Shown here: piece after piece, positions 1 through 6,590 of the stretch
Position numbering within the stretch: position 1 is the first letter of the stretch
How the letters are laid out: the number at the start of each line of letters is the position of its first letter
DNA from: Candidatus Margulisiibacteriota bacterium
GTDB lineage: Bacteria > Margulisbacteria > WOR-1 > O2-12-FULL-45-9
DNA length: 13,172 nucleotides
Assembly (NCBI GenBank): GCA_043816785.1
Contig: JBDRHP010000064.1
Span: forward strand, 1-13,172
Direction of reading: 5' to 3'
Notes under the pieces: model-generated
Told to the model about the DNA's origin: nothing
What the model saw: the letters and a program-made list of their open reading frames with translations, nothing else
Database searches by the model: none
Translations under genes and position numbers: made by a program

Positions 1-96
1 CATCCCTGGCGAACGGATTTTGCAGTATGGACCATGAAAAGAAAATTGAAGCAAGCCAGGCTTAATAGATCAAAAAGTCTCGCTGGGGTTTCTTAA
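1..96 (+). CDS. 3' end of a probable ISNCY/IS1202-family (IS481-like DDE) transposase, 5'-truncated by the window edge
   Basis: Frame +1 is open from base 1 to TAA 94-96 and reads HPWRTDFAVWTMKRKLKQARLNRSKSLAGVS*. The HPWR motif is characteristic of the C-terminus of this transposase group, and an IS-like end follows immediately. Only 31 codons are visible. Confidence 0.6.
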   Translation, partial: HPWRTDFAVWTMKRKLKQARLNRSKSLAGVS

Positions 97-141
97 CATT
101 TTAAATTAGTAAATTATTAACATCTTGACTTAGTAGTAACA
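93..141 (+). mobile_element. Probable right end of an IS1202-like element with two tandem transposase-binding repeats
   Basis: Direct repeats TTAACATTTTAAATTAGTA (93-111) and TTAACATCTTGACTTAGTA (117-135) are 16/19 identical with a 24-bp period. The segment ends in ACA at 139-141 (5'-TGT on the minus strand), the architecture of IS1202/IS481/Tn7-type ends. Confidence 0.6.
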
Positions 142-145
142 GGAA

Positions 146-163
146 GTGTCGTAAACCCGACAC
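146..163. promoter_or_regulatory. Palindromic candidate upstream activator site for a sigma54 enhancer-binding protein
   Basis: Perfect dyad GTGTCG-N6-CGACAC, containing TGT-N10-ACA (147-162), about 40 bp upstream of a -24/-12 promoter. Confidence 0.5.
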
Positions 164-202
164 ATTGAACCTAATTCACGCATAAAATCCATCTATTCAG
201 GC

Positions 203-218
203 TGGCAATAAACTTGCT
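203..218 (+). promoter_or_regulatory. Sigma54 (-24/-12) promoter for ssb
   Basis: TGGCAATAAACTTGCT matches TGGCAC-N5-TTGCW at all but one position, with exactly 10 nt between GG (204-205) and GC (216-217). No convincing sigma70 -10 box was seen between it and the RBS. Confidence 0.65.
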
Positions 219-254
219 GTAAAGATAACAAACCGGAAAAAGGAGGTGAATATT

Positions 255-626
255 ATGACAGGTGGTTTAAACAGATCCATCCTCGCGGGTCGGCTAACTG
301 CTGATCCCGTTGTCCGCTACACCCAAAAGGAACTCGCAGTTACTCATTTCTGTCTGGCAATTAACAGAGGCGGGAGCGATAAAGCTGAGTTCATCAATTG
401 TGTTGCCTGGGGAGGTTTGGCTAAGGTCTGCGGTGAATTCCTTAAAAAAGGCCGATTAGTCGCGGTTGAAGGCAGGCTGCAGATCAGAAGTTACCAAGAC
501 AAAAAGGACCAGAAGAAAACTTCTACTGAAGTGGTCGTAGATAACATGCAGATGCTTGATTCCAAGTTCTACAACGCGGCCAAAAAAGCCGGCACCAGCA
601 CAGAACAAGACCTCATCGAAGTCTAA
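255..626 (+). CDS. ssb: Single-stranded DNA-binding protein, short form lacking the canonical DDDIPF-type tail
   Basis: OB-fold SSB motifs (LNRSILAGRLTADP, EFINCVAWG, KKGRLVAVEGRLQIRSY, TEVVVDNMQML). Strong SD AAGGAGGTG at 240-248 puts the start at ATG 255; the GTG at 246 is part of the SD. Confidence 0.95.
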   Translation: MTGGLNRSILAGRLTADPVVRYTQKELAVTHFCLAINRGGSDKAEFINCVAWGGLAKVCGEFLKKGRLVAVEGRLQIRSYQDKKDQKKTSTEVVVDNMQMLDSKFYNAAKKAGTSTEQDLIEV

Positions 627-633
627 TTTTACA

Positions 634-669
634 TCCCGGCTGGCAGCCTAGCCAGCCGGGAGCATTTTC
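634..669 (+). terminator. Probable intrinsic terminator after ssb
   Basis: 11-bp perfect stem TCCCGGCTGGC (634-644) / GCCAGCCGGGA (651-661) with a 6-nt loop, followed by a short T-run (GCATTTT). Confidence 0.7.
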
Positions 670-672
670 CAC

Positions 673-702
673 TTGCTCCCAACTATTTTTGAGTGATATA
701 AT
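673..702 (+). promoter_or_regulatory. Sigma70-type promoter, probably giving a leaderless transcript
   Basis: TTGCTC (673-678), 18-nt spacer, extended -10 TGaTATAAT (694-702). ATG 709 lies 6 nt downstream with no SD. Confidence 0.7.
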
Positions 703-708
703 CAAACC

Positions 709-1359
709 ATGTTGCGTAAAGCCTGTGCCATTTGCTTGATTCTGATTGTTGCTGGTGGAACAGCTATGTCAGCCAGGACCATCAGCCTGCCCGCGCCTAA
801 AACGAGCGGCAAAGTTTCCCTGGAGGAATCACTCTTTCGCCGCCGCTCCCAACGCAGTTTTAAGGCCAATGACATTCCCTTAGAATATCTTTCACAAATC
901 CTCTGGGCAGCTCAGGGCATCACAGATCAAACATACGGTTTTCGCACCGCGCCCTCAGCTGGCGCCCTCTACCCTTTATTCATCTACGTAGCAAAAAATG
1001 ACGGTGTTTTTCGCTACATTCCTGACGGCCACAAATTAGTGGAACTGTCAAATACAGATATTCGCCCTTCTCTGGGGCGCGCTTCTTTAGGCCAATCATA
1101 TATCCGCGAAGCAGCGCTTGATATCATTATCTGCGCTAACTTTGCCATCTCCCAGGCAAAATATGGTCCGCGGGCCTTTCGCTATGTCTGCATGGAGATC
1201 GGCCATGTTGCCCAAAACATCCAGCTGCAAACAGTTGCTTTAGGCCTGGGATCCGTGGTGGTTGGCGCCTTTTGGGACGACGTGATCCGGACTAATCTAA
1301 AAATACCAGAGAATCAAGATCCCCTTTACATAATTCCGATCGGTTACTACAATCAATGA
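709..1359 (+). CDS. SagB/ThcOx-family nitroreductase-like flavoprotein with a signal-peptide-like N-terminus
   Basis: Motifs RRRSQRSF, LSQILWAAQGIT, RTAPSAGALYPL, EIGHVAQNIQL, LGLGSVVVGAF. The N-terminus is basic then hydrophobic (MLRKACAICLILIVAGG). Confidence 0.88.
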   Translation: MLRKACAICLILIVAGGTAMSARTISLPAPKTSGKVSLEESLFRRRSQRSFKANDIPLEYLSQILWAAQGITDQTYGFRTAPSAGALYPLFIYVAKNDGVFRYIPDGHKLVELSNTDIRPSLGRASLGQSYIREAALDIIICANFAISQAKYGPRAFRYVCMEIGHVAQNIQLQTVALGLGSVVVGAFWDDVIRTNLKIPENQDPLYIIPIGYYNQ

Positions 1360-2252
1360 GCCGAAACAAAAAACGTCTCGACCTCATAAGACTATTGGCA
1401 ATCTTTACCGTTTTACTGGGCATTGCCTATTTCCACCTAAACATCTTTGCGCCGCAACTGATCCCAAAATCCTTAAGGATCGGCATGATCAGAAAGCCGA
1501 TCAATATCCTTATCCTGGGCACTGATCTCACTTTTGACTCTACAACGCACAAGCCTATGCCGGAAAAAGACGGCCGGACCGATACTATTCTCCTAACCCG
1601 GATCAACCCCATTACTGGCCAGGTCAACGTCTTGTCCATCCCGCGAGACACTTATGTCATGCTGCCAGGAATTGGCAATCGCAAGATCAACGCAGCCAAT
1701 GCCTTTGGCGGCATTAAGCTGGTTAAGGAAACAATCTATCAACTCACTCAACAACCAATTGATTATTACGTTGTGATCAAACCACCCGCCGTGACCAAAA
1801 TGGTTGATATCCTGGGCGGCGTCACCCTTGACGTGGAAAAGGACATGCGCTACTGGGACCGGGCACAAGGCTTAGACATCGATTTAAAAAAAGGCTTACA
1901 AAAACTTTCAGGCAAGCAGGCCCATGATTATATAAGATTTAGACACGATACCTTCGGCGATATTGGGCGCATTGGCCGCCAGCAAAAGTTTCTTAAGGCC
2001 TTGAGCAAAACCTTAACCAGTCCCAGCAATGCAGTTAAAGCTCCCTTTGCCATCCATACCGCTCTGCAGGAAATCAAAACAAATCTGCCTTTACCAATGA
2101 CCATCAGACTGCTCAATTGGAGCCGCACCCTGGATGTTGCTAACTTAAAGTCTGTTATGTTGCCTGGAGAAGTTGCTGAGGATAAGGAAGCTGGATCTAT
2201 CTGGCTGCCTGATTATCCGGCGGTCAGCAAAGTTGTGGCAGAATTGTTCTAA
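1356..2252 (+). CDS. LCP (LytR-CpsA-Psr) family protein
   Basis: N-terminal TM helix and motifs NILILGTD, GRTDTILL, LSIPRDTYV, KINAA, YIRFRHD, DIGRIGRQQ. ATGA overlap with the upstream gene. Confidence 0.93.
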   Translation: MSRNKKRLDLIRLLAIFTVLLGIAYFHLNIFAPQLIPKSLRIGMIRKPINILILGTDLTFDSTTHKPMPEKDGRTDTILLTRINPITGQVNVLSIPRDTYVMLPGIGNRKINAANAFGGIKLVKETIYQLTQQPIDYYVVIKPPAVTKMVDILGGVTLDVEKDMRYWDRAQGLDIDLKKGLQKLSGKQAHDYIRFRHDTFGDIGRIGRQQKFLKALSKTLTSPSNAVKAPFAIHTALQEIKTNLPLPMTIRLLNWSRTLDVANLKSVMLPGEVAEDKEAGSIWLPDYPAVSKVVAELF

Positions 2253-2782
2253 GCAGGACTCAGGTTGGCAATATACGGCAAGTTGCGCAATTTTTCAGCC
2301 AAATCCAAGCCATAGCCAACAACGAACTTGTCAGGAACTTCAAACCCCTTGTAAGCCAGCGGCACAGGAACCTCGCGGCGAGCCGGCTTATCCAATAATG
2401 CGCAAACCCTGATACTCTTTGGTTTTTTAACCTTGAGGGATTTCAAAAGGTAATGCATGGTGTAGCCGTGATCAATAATGTCTTCGACCAGCAAAACATG
2501 TTTGCCAACAATGGGCAGGTCAATATCCTTTTTGATCTTGATTACTCCGAAAGAAGTTTTTGAGGCGCCGTAGCTTGAGACTTGAATAAAATCGATCTCA
2601 ACCGGAATATTTATTTCACGCAGCAGATCAGCCAAAAAAACCACTGAACCCTTTAGGATCCCGATTAGAACCAGTTCCTTCCCTTTATAATCCCGGGAGA
2701 TCTTTCTGGCCAGCTCCTTAATCCTTTTCTTAAGCCTGTTCCGGCTGACCACCACTTCAGCTATCTGAGTTTTTTTCGGCAC
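2249..2782 (-). CDS. hpt: Hypoxanthine phosphoribosyltransferase
   Basis: Motifs GILKGSVVFLADL, VSSYG, PRPP-binding VLLVEDIIDHG, LLDKP, FVVGYGLD...RNLPYI. SD AGGAG (2794-2790) precedes the GTG start. Confidence 0.96.
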   Translation of the reverse strand: MPKKTQIAEVVVSRNRLKKRIKELARKISRDYKGKELVLIGILKGSVVFLADLLREINIPVEIDFIQVSSYGASKTSFGVIKIKKDIDLPIVGKHVLLVEDIIDHGYTMHYLLKSLKVKKPKSIRVCALLDKPARREVPVPLAYKGFEVPDKFVVGYGLDLAEKLRNLPYIANLSPA

Positions 2783-2796
2783 GCTGGGGCTCCTGA

Positions 2797-4503
2797 TTAC
2801 TCAAAAAGATCAACGATCTTAAACTTGGCCACATCAACCAGCCCTTTATTTGTCAGCCTCAATTCCGGGATAACCGGCAGTGAAAGGAAGGAAAGGATGC
2901 CAAAAGGATGCTCAATCTTGCAGCCCAGCTCTTTAAGCGCCTGCCCCAATATTTTTAGCTTTTCCAGCACTTTATCCAGCGGCTGGTCAGAGATCAAACC
3001 AGCAATCGGTAAAGGCAGTTCAGCCAGGACCAACCCGCCCCTCACAACGACCATTCCCCCTTCCAGTTCAACAACCCGCCTGACCGCGGAGATCATATCT
3101 TCATCATCGACCCCGGCACAGATAATATTATGTGAATCATGAGCAATAGAAGTCGCCAGTGCTCCGTTTTTCAAGCCAAAGCCCTTTACCAGGCCCAAAC
3201 CAATTTTACCGCTGGCCTTATGCCGCTCAATCACCACCAGCTTTAAAACATCGCTGTCTGGATCGGAAACCACAAACCCATTTAAATTTTTAACCGAGAC
3301 AACAATTGATTTAGTTAGGGTCTGTCCAGGCACCAGTTCAATGGCCTTGGCATACTCTGATTTGGCCTTGATCATTAAAGCCTCAACCTCAAAAGGCTTA
3401 ACCTTAACTGTTTCTCTGATGCCAGCTTTGCGTTTTAGCTTGGTTTCAAATAAGGGTTTATTGCGTGAAGCGACCTTTTTGCCGCGTTTAAAGACCAGGT
3501 CAACAGTAAAATCCTCCAGATTGGCAACAACATTGATATCAGCATAATATCCTGGAGCAATTGCCCCATAACCCTTTAAGCCATAGAAACGGGCCGCGTT
3601 GATCGTCGCTAACTGGATAGCAATGATCCGGTCCAACTTTAGCTCAACTGCTTTTTTCAAGATCATGTTGATGTGTCCCTGGGCCAGATCAGACGGATAG
3701 ATATCATCGGTGCAAAAAGCAAAGAAGCGGGAGTTAAGCGGCTGGATCAGCGGCAGGATCGCTTCCAGATTTTTGGCTGATGATCCCTGGCGCACCAGGA
3801 TCTGCATGCCATTTTTTAGTTTTTCCTGCGCCTCATCCAAAGTCGTTGTTTCGTGGTCAGTAGAAATGCCGGCCGCTAAATAAGCATTCAAATCTTTTCC
3901 GGTCAGGCCAGGCGCATGCCCTTCTATGCCGATCTCACAAGCCGCTTCTAATTTCTCCAGGGTTTCCTTTTTGCCGGAGAGCACATCTGGAAAATTCATT
4001 ACTTCTCCCAGCCTGATCACTCGCTCTTTTTTTAGCAAAGAAACAATATCCTCCAGCAACACTTTGCCGCCTGAGGTTTCCAAAACGGTTGCCGGCACAC
4101 AGCTGGGCACAGCAAAGAAAATGTCAACCGGCAAGCCTTCACTGGCTTCCAGTAAATATTTGATGCCGGCCACGCCAAGAACATTGGCGATCTCCAGTGG
4201 GTCGCAAATAACCGCGGTTGTTCCCTTGGGCACAATGGCCCGGGCAAGTTCGCCCGGCGACAAGAGCGTGCTTTCAATATGTAAGTGGCTGTCGATAAAA
4301 CCGGGAGTAATATAGCGCCCGTTGAGATCGATCTCTTCTTCACCAGCATAATCACCAACGCCAACAATGTAGCCTTTAGCGATCGCTACATCAGCCGAAT
4401 AGATCTCTCCAGAGAAGACATTGACCAGCTGTCCGTTCTTCAAAACCAGATCAGCTGGCTTTTCCCCGCGCGCGGCAGAGATCCGCTCTTTCAATGAATT
4501 CAT
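2797..4503 (-). CDS. ade: Adenine deaminase (amidohydrolase superfamily)
   Basis: Motifs PGFIDSHLHIES, GEVMNF, GHAPG, TDHE, CTDD, ATINAA, AHDSHN, LPLPIAGL, LSLPVIP. Start moved to ATG 4503 because the ORF-track TTG at 4539 coincides with the -35 box. Confidence 0.93.
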   Translation of the reverse strand: MNSLKERISAARGEKPADLVLKNGQLVNVFSGEIYSADVAIAKGYIVGVGDYAGEEEIDLNGRYITPGFIDSHLHIESTLLSPGELARAIVPKGTTAVICDPLEIANVLGVAGIKYLLEASEGLPVDIFFAVPSCVPATVLETSGGKVLLEDIVSLLKKERVIRLGEVMNFPDVLSGKKETLEKLEAACEIGIEGHAPGLTGKDLNAYLAAGISTDHETTTLDEAQEKLKNGMQILVRQGSSAKNLEAILPLIQPLNSRFFAFCTDDIYPSDLAQGHINMILKKAVELKLDRIIAIQLATINAARFYGLKGYGAIAPGYYADINVVANLEDFTVDLVFKRGKKVASRNKPLFETKLKRKAGIRETVKVKPFEVEALMIKAKSEYAKAIELVPGQTLTKSIVVSVKNLNGFVVSDPDSDVLKLVVIERHKASGKIGLGLVKGFGLKNGALATSIAHDSHNIICAGVDDEDMISAVRRVVELEGGMVVVRGGLVLAELPLPIAGLISDQPLDKVLEKLKILGQALKELGCKIEHPFGILSFLSLPVIPELRLTNKGLVDVAKFKIVDLFE

Positions 4504-4510
4504 AGCTGGC

Positions 4511-4539
4511 AGTTTAACAAATGGATTTCTAGTGGTCAA
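4511..4539 (-). promoter_or_regulatory. Sigma70-type promoter for ade-hpt, probably leaderless
   Basis: On the minus strand: TTGACC (4539-4534), 17-nt spacer, TAAACT (4516-4511) preceded by TGt, then 7 nt to ATG 4503. No SD. Confidence 0.7.
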
Positions 4540-4553
4540 GCACTTAATCTTTT

Positions 4554-4562
4554 TGCTATAAT
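4554..4562 (+). promoter_or_regulatory. Extended -10 promoter for the 4673-6587 operon
   Basis: TGcTATAAT, divergent from the ade promoter. No clear -35 box. Confidence 0.55.
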
Positions 4563-4573
4563 GAATGTGTTCT

Positions 4574-4666
4574 GAAACCTGAGAAAAAACTTTCCTGCCT
4601 GCCGGCAGGCAGGTCGGTTCCTTTGATTTTGGAAACCGCGACGTTTAGTCGCAGGTTTCTGTTCAT
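4574..4666. repeat. Inverted pair of 28-bp REP-like hairpin units; the left unit is degenerate and interrupted
   Basis: The right unit GAAACCGCGACGTTTAGTCGCAGGTTTC (4632-4659) is an imperfect hairpin. The left unit (4574-4593 joined to 4614-4621) matches its reverse complement at 21/28 positions without gaps. Confidence 0.65.
4594..4613. repeat. Perfect 20-bp palindrome CCTGCCTGCCGGCAGGCAGG, copy 1
   Basis: Read directly; identical to 6058-6077. Confidence 0.97.
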
Positions 4667-4672
4667 ACAATT

Positions 4673-4912
4673 ATGAAATACTATTTTTTAGCAGCGATTT
4701 GCTCAACACTAATTACAGGCCTCGGTCAGATAGTTAAGGGAGAGATAAACAAAGGCGTTTCCCTTTTACTGCTTTTCTATTTTGTTCTGCCGGCTATAAC
4801 CTACCTCTCCCTGATGCTGCTGCCTCTCTTTTTTCCGTATATTTTGGGTTTTGTGATTATTTTTGGTATAATTCTCTGGTGCTATAATATCTGGGACGCT
4901 TTGGCAAGATAA
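4673..4912 (+). CDS. Small hypothetical membrane protein (about 2-3 TM helices)
   Basis: 79 aa, highly hydrophobic, with GLGQI...G and WCYNIWDA motifs of the kind seen in small TM2-like proteins. Its stop overlaps the next start (TAATG). Confidence 0.75.
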   Translation: MKYYFLAAICSTLITGLGQIVKGEINKGVSLLLLFYFVLPAITYLSLMLLPLFFPYILGFVIIFGIILWCYNIWDALAR

Positions 4913-6036
4913 TGAAAAAGTCATTTAGATTAGCGACCCTGTTTAATATACCCATTGAGATCAACTATACCTGGTTCATTGTTCTGGGCTTGATCATCTT
5001 TACCCTGGCGCGGGGTTATTTCCCCTACACCAACCCGGAACTGGACCCTGCTTCGCACTGGCTGATGGCCCTAATTGCCGCGCTGCTGCTTTTCGCTTCA
5101 TTGCTGGCTCATGAATTTTCCCACTCACTAGTGGCGATCCATAATAATTTGCCGATCAACGGCATTACCCTGTTCATCTTTGGCGGCGTGGCGCACATGG
5201 AAAAAGAACCCTCTTCTCCGGCGGTGGAATTTAAAATGGCTATTGCCGGCCCGTTGATGAGTTTCTTTTTGTCTCTCCTTTTCTTTGGCCTGACTCAGGT
5301 CTTTTACATCCTGCGTTTTCCAAGCTTTGTGCTTTCGATTACCAATTATCTTTTTATGCTCAACCTGGTGGTCGGTATTTTTAATTTGATCCCGGGGTTT
5401 CCCCTGGACGGCGGCCGGGTCCTGCGCGCCACGCTTTGGCATTTTTATAAAGACATCAGAAAGGCCACCGCGATCGCCAGCGGGTTTGGCAAAGGCTTTG
5501 CTTTCTTGTTGATGGGCCTGGGGTTTCTCAACCTGTTCACGGGCGCCTTGATCGCCGGTATTTGGTTTATCTTTATTGGCCTCTTTTTGCGGGAAGCAGC
5601 CGAGAGCAGCTATCGCCAGGTTGCCATAAAAAAGTTTCTAGGCAAGGTAACGATCGCAAGCTTAATCACAAAAGATGTGATCTCTGTGCCGGCAAACACT
5701 ACTCTTGACCAACTGATCGATAATTACTTTTTTAAATTTCGCCATCATTCCTTCCCTGTAGTAGAAGACGATCAGATACTTGGTTTACTTACGCTGCATC
5801 TGGTAAAAGAAGTAGACCGCAGCAAATGGGCTAAAACAACAGCCAGAGAAGCCATGCTGCCATTAAACAACAGCCTGGTGATCAGCGAATATGCGGAAGC
5901 TATTGAGGCACTGCCCAAAATGGCTAGGAACAAAGTCGGCCGGCTTTTGGTCATTGAAGGTGATAAACTGGTAGGCATCCTCTCACAAAGAGATATTATG
6001 CAGCTGTTTGAATTCAAATCTGAGATCGAGGGGTAG
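4912..6036 (+). CDS. Site-2 protease (peptidase M50) with a C-terminal CBS pair
   Basis: HEFSH zinc motif, FIFGGVA, IAGPLMS, FNLIPGFPLDGGRVLRA; CBS motifs FPVVEDDQILGLLT and LLVIEGDKLVGILSQRDI. Confidence 0.95.
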   Translation: MKKSFRLATLFNIPIEINYTWFIVLGLIIFTLARGYFPYTNPELDPASHWLMALIAALLLFASLLAHEFSHSLVAIHNNLPINGITLFIFGGVAHMEKEPSSPAVEFKMAIAGPLMSFFLSLLFFGLTQVFYILRFPSFVLSITNYLFMLNLVVGIFNLIPGFPLDGGRVLRATLWHFYKDIRKATAIASGFGKGFAFLLMGLGFLNLFTGALIAGIWFIFIGLFLREAAESSYRQVAIKKFLGKVTIASLITKDVISVPANTTLDQLIDNYFFKFRHHSFPVVEDDQILGLLTLHLVKEVDRSKWAKTTAREAMLPLNNSLVISEYAEAIEALPKMARNKVGRLLVIEGDKLVGILSQRDIMQLFEFKSEIEG

Positions 6037-6057
6037 CTATCAACGAATATGAGAACG

Positions 6058-6077
6058 CCTGCCTGCCGGCAGGCAGG
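6058..6077. repeat. Perfect 20-bp palindrome CCTGCCTGCCGGCAGGCAGG, copy 2
   Basis: Read directly; identical to 4594-4613. Confidence 0.97.
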
Positions 6078-6092
6078 AATAAACGAATTGTT

Positions 6093-6587
6093 ATGATCAT
6101 TGCGTTCAATGGTTTTCGGGATGAAGAGTACGCAGAGCCCAAAGCTGTCTTTGAACAAGCCGGCATCGAAGTCATAACTGCTTCCACCCGGGTCGGCACG
6201 GCCAAAGGAAAGTTCGGTCTGCCGGTACAAGTTGATATCGCTTTAGAAGATCTCAAAGTGACTGATTATCAGGCTGTGGTTTTTGTTGGTGGTCCTGGCA
6301 GCTATGATTATTTTGATGATCCGGCTGCACAGGGAATTGCCAATGAAACAGTCAAAGCAAATAAAATTTTAGCAGCTATCTGCGCCTCGGTTTCGATTCT
6401 GGCTAACGCAGGATTACTAAAAGGCAAAACTGCCACTTGTTTTTCCGGTGAAGGCTATAACCTCAAAGCAAAAGGTGCGAACTATACTGCCAAGGGCTTG
6501 GAAATCGACGGGAAAATCATAACCGCGGATGGGCCCGCCCATGCTAAGCAATTTGGCCAGGTCATCGCTAAACAGCTAGACCAATAG
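6093..6587 (+). CDS. DJ-1/PfpI family protein; ancestral start probably ATG 6049, now out of frame
   Basis: Motifs GFRDEE, VVFVGGPG, AAICAS (nucleophile Cys), LANAGLLKGKTAT, DGKIITADGP. Confidence 0.9.
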   Translation: MIIAFNGFRDEEYAEPKAVFEQAGIEVITASTRVGTAKGKFGLPVQVDIALEDLKVTDYQAVVFVGGPGSYDYFDDPAAQGIANETVKANKILAAICASVSILANAGLLKGKTATCFSGEGYNLKAKGANYTAKGLEIDGKIITADGPAHAKQFGQVIAKQLDQ

Positions 6588-6590
6588 CAC

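Noticed and set aside
125..157. Outward-facing -35 (TTGACT) in the IS end forming a hybrid promoter
   Set aside because: No acceptable -10 box at 16-18 nt spacing.
175..202. Possible dif/Xer site near the IS end (TTCACGCATAA resembles a XerC arm)
   Set aside because: After a 6-bp spacer the other arm (TCTATTCAGGC) does not resemble the XerD arm TTATGTTAAAT, and the site is over 30 bp from the IS end.
709..1359. Thiazole/oxazole-modified microcin cluster suggested by the SagB-like gene
   Set aside because: No YcaO cyclodehydratase or Cys/Ser/Thr-rich precursor peptide nearby; stand-alone members of this family are common.
4565..4670. Known riboswitch or 6S RNA in the ade/membrane-protein intergenic region
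   Set aside because: No purine-riboswitch or other aptamer consensus was recognised, the region is too short for 6S, and ade appears leaderless. An Rfam scan would be needed to exclude this fully.
4594..6077. CRISPR array or composite transposon bounded by the two 20-bp palindromes
   Set aside because: Only two copies about 1.46 kb apart, no spacers, cas or transposase genes between them, and each copy interrupts its own local sequence independently.
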